Assembly (NCBI GenBank): GCA_002050235.1
Contig: MWST01000035.1
Coordinates: 67,693 to 131,692 of the forward strand
DNA: 64,000 nt
Source of the DNA: Polyangiaceae bacterium UTPRO1
GTDB lineage: Bacteria > Desulfobacterota > Binatia > UTPRO1
Direction of reading: 5' to 3'
A program made the translations under genes and the position numbers. Shown here one piece after another: positions 19,868 through 26,556 of this stretch (positions are counted from its first letter, which is position 1; each line of letters begins with the position of its first letter). A model generated the notes under the pieces. It searched no databases and was not told the origin of the DNA. It worked only from the letters and a program-made list of their open reading frames with translations.

Positions 19868-22800
19868 AGATCTCCGCCCGTTACGAGGTTCTAGGCCTCC
19901 TCGGCCAAGGCGGGATGGGCGTGGTGTACCACGTCCGCGACACGACCCGCGGCCGCGAGAACGCCCTCAAGACTCTCGCTCCCGGCCGCTCCGAGGACAT
20001 CATCGAGCGCTTTCTTACGGAAGCACAGGTGATGTTCCGCCTCGAGCACGACAACATCGTGCGCGTCTACGATTTCGGCAAGGACGGCGAAACCTACTTC
20101 CTCACCATGGAGCTGATCCGCGGCAAGAACCTGCGGCAGCTCCTGAATGCCCGTCAGAACAAGGGCTTTCCGCTCGCGGAAGTGATCCGCATGGGTATCC
20201 AGGCGGCTGACGCCCTCAACTACGCGCACAGCCAGAAACCCGAGGCCGTCGTCCACCGCGACATCAAGCCCGTCAACATCATGGTCGAGGAAGAGACGGG
20301 GCGCGTCGTCGTCGCCGACTTCGGCATCGCCAAGCTCATGGCCGACGCCGGCGGCGGCGAGACCCAGATCGGCAACGCTGCGACGCATACGGTCTTCGCC
20401 GGCACCGTGCCCTACTCGGCGCCCGAGCAGTTCCTCGCCGGCGGCGGCGGGCGTCGCCTCGACGCGCGCGTCGACATCTACGCCCTCGGCATCGTCCTCT
20501 ACGAGATCTACACCGGCCGGCACTTCTTCGCCGGCCTCTCCGCCGAAGAGGTCGAGCAGCATCATCGTTCCATCGAAACGGGCGAGTGCCCGGTCAAGCG
20601 GCCACACGCCTGCGACCACAAGATCACGACCCTGCCCGAAGCGCCGCAGGCTTTCATCGAGGTCATCGAGAGGGCGATCGCCCGCGACCGTCACGAGCGG
20701 TACCGGACCGCGGCGGAGATGCTCGCCGACCTCCGGGCCTGCGCGGCCGTGGAGTCGGTTGAGGCCGTCGCCGCCGCGCGCCGCACCGCCGAGGCCGCAG
20801 GCGCGCTCGAGGCGGCGACCACGGATTTCCGGCGCGGCGACGAGCTCGAGCGCGAGGCCCAGGCGGCACGCGAGCGCGGCGACGACACGCGCGCCGGCGA
20901 GCTCTATCGCGATGCTCTCCAGGCATACGGCGCAGCCGCCGCGCAGGCGAACGAGCGTCGCAGCCAACGCGCCGCGCAGCAGGCGAAGACGGCCATGCAG
21001 ATCGTCGCCCGGGAAGCCACCGAGCGCGATCTCACAGCGCTCGCCCCGGAGGCGATGAAGCACGCCGCCCAGCTCGTCGCCACGGCCGAGGCGAGCGAGG
21101 TCCAAGGACAGTACGAGCAGGCAACGGCGCAGTACCGCCAAGCCGAGGAGGCGTTTCGCGCCGCCCTCGTCACGGCACGTCAAGCCAGCGCGCGCAAGGC
21201 GATCGAGGACGAGATGCCGGCGCTCCGCGCCGCCCGGGAGGCTGCCGAGCAGGCCGATGCCGCGACGCTCGCCGCCGATGTGTTCGCCGCGGCCGTCCGC
21301 GAGCAGATCCGCCTCGAGGAGGCGCTCGCCGCCGGCGAGCTGACCCGCGTCCGCGAGCTCTTGCCGCAGGTCCGCGACCGGTTCGCCGCCGCCGGCGAGG
21401 AGGCCGGCCGGCGCCTCCACCAGAGCGTCGACGAGGCCCGTGCCGCCATGCGCGCCGCTGCCGCCGAGGCGACCGCGGCAGACGCTCCCCGGCACGCGAA
21501 GGCGGAGAGCATCGAAGCCGAGGCCCTAGCGGGCGCCGCGGAGAAACTGATCGAGCGCGGGCAGCTAGAGCTCGCCGCAGCCCAGCTTGGACGCGCCGCC
21601 GACGCCTACCGCGCCGCCGCATCGGCAGCGGCCCGAGCCGGCGAGCGGGAGGTGCTCGAGAAAGAGCTGCCCGCGCTCCGAGCGGCGCGCGCGGCTGCCG
21701 AGAGCGCCGGCGCAGCGACGCTCGCGGCCGACACCTTCGCAGCGGCGGCACGTGAGCAGGCCGATTTCGAAGCCGCCCTCGCCGCCGGCGAGCTGACCCG
21801 CGTCCGCACGCTCCTGCCGCGGGTCGGCGATGGCTTCGCCGCCGCCAGGCAAGCAGCGATCCTCGCCCAGGCAAGCCGCGCCGCGCTCGCGGCCCGCTCC
21901 GCCATGGCGGCCGCACGCGACGCCGCTATCGCCGCCGGCGCCGAGCAGCTCGTCCCCGACGCGCTCGCCCGGGTCCGCGCGCGCGAGCGCGAGGCCGCCG
22001 CTGCGGAAGAGGACCGGCAATGGGACCGTGCCGAGCAGCTCTACCGTGAGGTCGCGACGGCGTTCGACGAGGTCCGCGCTGCGGCGCTGCGGCGTGCCGA
22101 GGAGGAGCGTCTGGCCGCGGCGCTGGTCGAAGCCCGGAGCTCGATGGAAGCGGCACGGACACGCGCCAGGAACGCGGGAGCCGAGCGCTACGCAGCGGCG
22201 CTAGTAGCCGAGGCGGATGCGCTCGCACAACAGGCCGGCGGAGCCGCGAACGACGCCGCCGGCATGGCGTCAGCGGCCGCCGACTACGCGCGCGCACGCG
22301 AGCGCTACGACGCCGCGATCACCGAGGCCGCGCGTGTCGCTCGCCGCCACGAGCTGCGGGAGACCCTGGCCACCGTCGCCGCGGCGAAGCAGCAAGCGGT
22401 CGATGCCGGCGCTGACGAGACCGCCGAGTTCATAGCCGCGGCCGACGAGCTCGCCGCGGCCGAACGAGCGCTCGCTGCCGACGAGCTGAGCCTCGTCGTG
22501 AGCTCCGCGGCGGCGGCCCGTGAGCGCTTCGCCGCCGCCGAGAACGCCGCTGCGCGCGCCAAGATCGAGGCCGCCGCCGACACGGCGCTCGCCGACGCCG
22601 CGGCGGCCGGAGCGGAAGCGCGGGAGGCAGGCGCCGAAACGCTCGCCGCCGCGGCTTGGGCCGTCGCCGTCGAACAGCAGCAGCGGGCGCTCGCACGCCG
22701 CCGGGACGGCGACTGCAACGCCGTCCCGGGGATCGCCGCGGAAGCCGAGCGGGCGTTCGCAGCCGCGCTCGAGGAGGCCGTGCACGCGGCCTACGAGAGC

Positions 22801-24894
22801 GCGGTCGCAGCGCGGGCGGCGGCCGGACTGGACGGACCCGACGACCAGGCCGCCAACGCTGCGGAGCAGGCGTTCACGGCCGGCGAGCGACGGCAACGGG
22901 AAGGAAAACGCGTCGCCGCGGCGATCGCGTTCCGCAAGGCCGCCGAGAGCTACCGGGCGGTGACCGCGGCGCGAGCCGGTGCCCGCGCCGCCCGCGACGC
23001 CGCGCGCGCTGCGCACCTGGAGGCCGAGGCCGCCGGTGCCGCCGAGCTCGCGGCCGCCGAGCTGGCGCAGGCGAACGAGACGCTGGCGGTCGCCGAGCGC
23101 GCTCTCGAGAGCGGAGACTACGACGGCAGCGAGCGCAGCTTCGCGACGGCGCGCGACGCCTTCGGCCGGGCGCGCGACGCCGCGGTGCGGGCGGCTGCCG
23201 AGCGCGATGCGCAGGCGGCGCGGGCTCGCGTCGAGGACCTGCGGGCGACGCGCGCTCCGGCGGCTGCCGGCTTCTTCGCGCGCCGCAAGCTTGCGAAGGC
23301 GGATGCGGCACACGCGCGCGGTACCGCCGCGGCAACGCGCGGAAATTTTGCGGCCGCCGCCGCTGCCTACAACGAAGCGGCCGAGGTCTTGGCGGCGCTG
23401 CCTGCGGGGACGATACCGCCTCCGGCCGCCCCCACGGCCGAACGGGCGGCGCCGACCGCCGCTGCCGCCGAGACGATGTCGGCCGTCGGTGTGGCGCCCG
23501 GCAGCGAAGCGACCACGCTGGCACCTGACCAGGCGCTCGCAGACGCCACCGTCGTTAGCGATGGCGCCGCGGTTGCCGGCTCTGCCGACGCCACCGTCGT
23601 TGCCGCGGCTGCCGGCGCCGCGACCGTGGTCGCGCGCCAGCAGCCGCCGGCGCCGACCGGACGAGGACTGCCGGTGGCGTGGATCGGCATCGGCGCCGCG
23701 GGCGTCGCGCTGCTCGCCGGCGTCTGGCTGTTGCGCGGCGGCTCCACGGGCACGATGCCACAGCCGGCGCCGCCGCAGGTGGCGGTGCCGGCCGACGCGG
23801 CAGCGTCCAAGGAAGCTGGCGCGGTAGCACCGCCGGCACCGCCGCAGCAGGTGGTCGAGGACCGTCGGCCGGAGCCGGCGGCGCCGACTGCTCCGCCCCA
23901 GCAGATCGCCAAGGTCGAAGAGCCGCCCCCACCCGAGGTTCCGGCGGCCGCCCCCGTCATCAGCGGCTTCGAGCCCCGCGGCAAGACGGTACAGGCCGCG
24001 CCCGGTAGGAGCACGCGCTTCAAGGTGACCGCAAAAGACGACGGCAGCGCTCCCCTGCGCTACGCCTGGTTCGTCGACGACAAAGCCGCAGGCGACGGCA
24101 CGCCGACCCTCGAGCTCACCCCCACCGACGACGACGAAGGAACGACCCGCGAAGTGCGCGCCGAAGTGGCGGTCGGAACCGGTCCCGTGGCGCGCACTGC
24201 GTGGACCGTCACCGTGCCGCGCGCGCCCGTCGCCATCACGCACCAGGTTCCGGCGCCGGCGGAGATCATCGCCGCTCTCGGCGACGCCACCGATTTCAGC
24301 GTCGAGGCCCGCGCCGGACGGGCGCCGGCGAGCGCACTCTCCTATGTCTGGACCGTCGACAAGCGTCCGGTCCACGGCGCCGACGGACCGCGCTTCACGT
24401 ACCGTTCCGAGCACGCCGGCAGCACCGATGTCGAAGTGCGCGTCGAGGCACCGGAGCGCGCCGCCGCGGTCCGGCATTGGACCGTCCGGGCGCACCCGCG
24501 GGAGCCCGTCGCCGTGCCGACGCAGGTCGCGGCGCTGCCGCCGCGCCTCGCGCCGACGCCGCTCGCGCCGCACGCCGGCAGCGATCCGCGGCGCGAGCTC
24601 GAGAGCTGGATCGCCTCCTATCGCGACGCGTATCAGCGCAAGAACGTCGACGAGCTCCTGGCGCTCGGTGTCGTCAAGCCCGAGAACCGCAGCAAGCTCG
24701 CGGCCGCGTTGAACGATCTGGTCGATCTCGAGGTGCGCATCGCCAGGAGCGCCATCGACGTGCATAGCCCCGACAGCGCGGTGGTCACGCTGACGCGCGA
24801 GGACAGCTTCAATGCCGGCGGCCGGCGCCAGACGCAGTCGATCGACATCAGGAAGAACCTGCACAAGGTGAACGGCTCGTGGGTCGCGCAATGA
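19864..24894 (+). CDS. giant Ser/Thr protein kinase (Hanks type) with Ala-rich helical repeat array, one TM helix and an extracytoplasmic Ig-like/NTF2-like region
   Basis: GTG start overlapping the phosphatase stop (GTGA). Kinase motifs GQGGMGVVY, HRDIKPVN, DFGIAK and SAPEQ. TM helix LPVAWIGIGAAGVALLAGVWLL at nt 23668-23736. 1676 aa. Confidence 0.85.
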   Translation: MKISARYEVLGLLGQGGMGVVYHVRDTTRGRENALKTLAPGRSEDIIERFLTEAQVMFRLEHDNIVRVYDFGKDGETYFLTMELIRGKNLRQLLNARQNKGFPLAEVIRMGIQAADALNYAHSQKPEAVVHRDIKPVNIMVEEETGRVVVADFGIAKLMADAGGGETQIGNAATHTVFAGTVPYSAPEQFLAGGGGRRLDARVDIYALGIVLYEIYTGRHFFAGLSAEEVEQHHRSIETGECPVKRPHACDHKITTLPEAPQAFIEVIERAIARDRHERYRTAAEMLADLRACAAVESVEAVAAARRTAEAAGALEAATTDFRRGDELEREAQAARERGDDTRAGELYRDALQAYGAAAAQANERRSQRAAQQAKTAMQIVAREATERDLTALAPEAMKHAAQLVATAEASEVQGQYEQATAQYRQAEEAFRAALVTARQASARKAIEDEMPALRAAREAAEQADAATLAADVFAAAVREQIRLEEALAAGELTRVRELLPQVRDRFAAAGEEAGRRLHQSVDEARAAMRAAAAEATAADAPRHAKAESIEAEALAGAAEKLIERGQLELAAAQLGRAADAYRAAASAAARAGEREVLEKELPALRAARAAAESAGAATLAADTFAAAAREQADFEAALAAGELTRVRTLLPRVGDGFAAARQAAILAQASRAALAARSAMAAARDAAIAAGAEQLVPDALARVRAREREAAAAEEDRQWDRAEQLYREVATAFDEVRAAALRRAEEERLAAALVEARSSMEAARTRARNAGAERYAAALVAEADALAQQAGGAANDAAGMASAAADYARARERYDAAITEAARVARRHELRETLATVAAAKQQAVDAGADETAEFIAAADELAAAERALAADELSLVVSSAAAARERFAAAENAAARAKIEAAADTALADAAAAGAEAREAGAETLAAAAWAVAVEQQQRALARRRDGDCNAVPGIAAEAERAFAAALEEAVHAAYESAVAARAAAGLDGPDDQAANAAEQAFTAGERRQREGKRVAAAIAFRKAAESYRAVTAARAGARAARDAARAAHLEAEAAGAAELAAAELAQANETLAVAERALESGDYDGSERSFATARDAFGRARDAAVRAAAERDAQAARARVEDLRATRAPAAAGFFARRKLAKADAAHARGTAAATRGNFAAAAAAYNEAAEVLAALPAGTIPPPAAPTAERAAPTAAAAETMSAVGVAPGSEATTLAPDQALADATVVSDGAAVAGSADATVVAAAAGAATVVARQQPPAPTGRGLPVAWIGIGAAGVALLAGVWLLRGGSTGTMPQPAPPQVAVPADAAASKEAGAVAPPAPPQQVVEDRRPEPAAPTAPPQQIAKVEEPPPPEVPAAAPVISGFEPRGKTVQAAPGRSTRFKVTAKDDGSAPLRYAWFVDDKAAGDGTPTLELTPTDDDEGTTREVRAEVAVGTGPVARTAWTVTVPRAPVAITHQVPAPAEIIAALGDATDFSVEARAGRAPASALSYVWTVDKRPVHGADGPRFTYRSEHAGSTDVEVRVEAPERAAAVRHWTVRAHPREPVAVPTQVAALPPRLAPTPLAPHAGSDPRRELESWIASYRDAYQRKNVDELLALGVVKPENRSKLAAALNDLVDLEVRIARSAIDVHSPDSAVVTLTREDSFNAGGRRQTQSIDIRKNLHKVNGSWVAQ
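21181..22086 (+). repeat. 453-bp internal duplication within the kinase gene
   Basis: The identical 24-mer gccggcgagctgacccgcgtccgc occurs at 21331 and 21784 (offset 453 nt = 151 aa). The flanking protein segments ...MPALRAAREAAEQADAATLAADVFAAA... and ...LPALRAARAAAESAGAATLAADTFAAA... align throughout. Unit boundaries are approximate. Confidence 0.6.
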
Positions 24895-25511
24895 AGCTCC
24901 GTATGTTAACGGCACTGCGCATGACCGGACACGACGGGAGCAGCGCCGGCGCAGCGCGGGCCGCCGCGACGGCGATATTGCTCGGCGTAGCCCTCGGAGG
25001 TGCGGTCGCCGCGCGCTCCGCGGGAGCGACCGTAGTGGCGAACATGACCACAGCGGCGCAGGCCGCGGCCGCCGACCGCATATTCGTCGGCACGGTAGCA
25101 GCGGTCACGAGTCGCCCCGTTGCCGCCCGGCCCCAGTGGTTCGAGACGGCCGTGCGCTTCACGGTCGAGGAGGCGGTTGCCGGCACGTTCCCGGCGAGCG
25201 TCGAGCTCGTGTACTCCGGCGGCGAGGTGGGCGGCGTTCGCCAGCGCGTCGACGGCATGCCGGAGCTCGCGGTCGGCGAACGCTACGTCGTGCTCCTCGA
25301 GCCCGAGCGCACGCCGCCGCTCGCGAGTCCGTTCGTCGGCTTCAACCAAGGCCTCTACCGCGTGATCGGCGATGCCCGCACCGCCGCGGTCGTCCGCGAT
25401 CGTCAGGGGCGGAGCCTCGCAAGCAGCGCCGCCCAGGTGGGAGCGCGCGGCGCCGGCGGCGATCCCACGCTCGACGCCTTCCTCGACTTCTTGCGAGCCG
25501 CCCGCAAGTGA
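24891..25511 (+). CDS. secreted hypothetical protein
   Basis: ATG 24891 overlaps the kinase stop (ATGA); an alternative GTG lies at 24879. Hydrophobic segment AAATAILLGVALGGAVAA. No family recognised. Confidence 0.55.
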   Translation: MKLRMLTALRMTGHDGSSAGAARAAATAILLGVALGGAVAARSAGATVVANMTTAAQAAAADRIFVGTVAAVTSRPVAARPQWFETAVRFTVEEAVAGTFPASVELVYSGGEVGGVRQRVDGMPELAVGERYVVLLEPERTPPLASPFVGFNQGLYRVIGDARTAAVVRDRQGRSLASSAAQVGARGAGGDPTLDAFLDFLRAARK

Positions 25512-26425
25512 CGACGCTCCTGAGCTGCCTCACCGCCGCACTGCTCGCTGGTCTCGCGCTCGCGGCACCGGCCGTCGGTCAGTCGTGCCCCTGGACGCCG
25601 GACGACGCCTACGCGTTCATCAATGCCGGGAGCCGGGAGTGCCCGGCGGATCCGGAGGTCTTCTGGCACAACGCCACCGTCGAGTTCGATTGCAGCTTCT
25701 TCGCTGCGGCCGGGACGGCCATCTACTGCGGCAGCGACGGACACGCCTGTGTCGAGCTCTGCCAGCAGGCGGCCGGCACCTGGAACACCGACCTACCGGG
25801 ACGCTTCACCTTCGTCGACGCCGAGAACACGGTGACTTTCTGCGACCCGAACGACGGCAAAGTCTCGATCGGCGGCACGTCGATGACGCTCTGCGACGGC
25901 AAGTCCCTGTACGCGAGCAACGTGCTCGCCGTAACGCTCAGCATCTTCTATACTGGAGGCTCGCAGTCGGGGCACCTGATCGACGCCAACATCACCGTCA
26001 ATCAAGCCTTCCTATTTTCGCCGGCCAGCTTCCGGGCGACGCTCGCCCACGAGCTCGGACACGTCCTCGGGCTCTCCCATCCCGACGAGTGCGGCGACGA
26101 CTACAACGTGCTCATGCGCTCCGCGTCCCTGTTTGCGCCGCAGGGCCTTTGTTTCGTCAGCGACCCGACGGCCGCCGACATCCGCGGCGCCGAACGCATA
26201 TATCCCCTGGTCGGTCCGACGCCGGGGCTCTGCGGTGACGCCGATCTGAGCGGCGCCGTCACTGTCAGCGATGGCGTCCAGGTGCTGCGTGCCGCAGCCG
26301 GGCTCTCCAGCGCCTGCACGCCGCAACGCTGCGACGTCGACGGCAGCGGCGAGATCACGGTCACCGACGGCGTGCACGTGCTGCGCACCGCCGCCGGCCT
26401 GCCGTCGATCTCGGCCTGTCCCTGA
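25508..26425 (+). CDS. secreted M10 (matrixin-like) zinc metalloprotease with C-terminal dockerin-like module
   Basis: GTG 25508 overlaps the upstream stop (GTGA). Signal peptide TTLLSCLTAALLAGLALAAPAVG. Zinc motif HELGHVLGLSH (nt 26048-26080) followed by NVLM (candidate Met-turn). Dockerin-like module at nt 26228-26422. Confidence 0.8.
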   Translation: MTTLLSCLTAALLAGLALAAPAVGQSCPWTPDDAYAFINAGSRECPADPEVFWHNATVEFDCSFFAAAGTAIYCGSDGHACVELCQQAAGTWNTDLPGRFTFVDAENTVTFCDPNDGKVSIGGTSMTLCDGKSLYASNVLAVTLSIFYTGGSQSGHLIDANITVNQAFLFSPASFRATLAHELGHVLGLSHPDECGDDYNVLMRSASLFAPQGLCFVSDPTAADIRGAERIYPLVGPTPGLCGDADLSGAVTVSDGVQVLRAAAGLSSACTPQRCDVDGSGEITVTDGVHVLRTAAGLPSISACP

Positions 26426-26431
26426 GCGACC

Positions 26432-26460
26432 TGCGTCCGGCGGATACACCGCCGGACGCA
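26432..26460 (+). terminator. intrinsic-terminator-like hairpin closing the PP2C-kinase-protease operon
   Basis: Perfect 12-bp stem tgcgtccggcgg / ccgccggacgca with loop ataca, 7 nt after stop 26425. The downstream tctgtatcttt is moderately T-rich. Confidence 0.5.
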
Positions 26461-26556
26461 AGACCCTCTGTATCTTTAGACCACTCTTAGGCATCATGCC
26501 GATGACGCGGATGGACCGCGTCGGGAGCTCCGCTCGCGCGGATGCTCGGGAGGGAG

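Noticed and set aside
22270-24915. 881-aa minus-strand ORF, the 19891..21495 (-) ORF, and many 60-290-aa ORFs overlapping the kinase gene
   Set aside because: They are antisense or off-frame to a gene with clear kinase motifs and repeat structure. Their composition is Arg/Gly/Pro-rich and motif-free.
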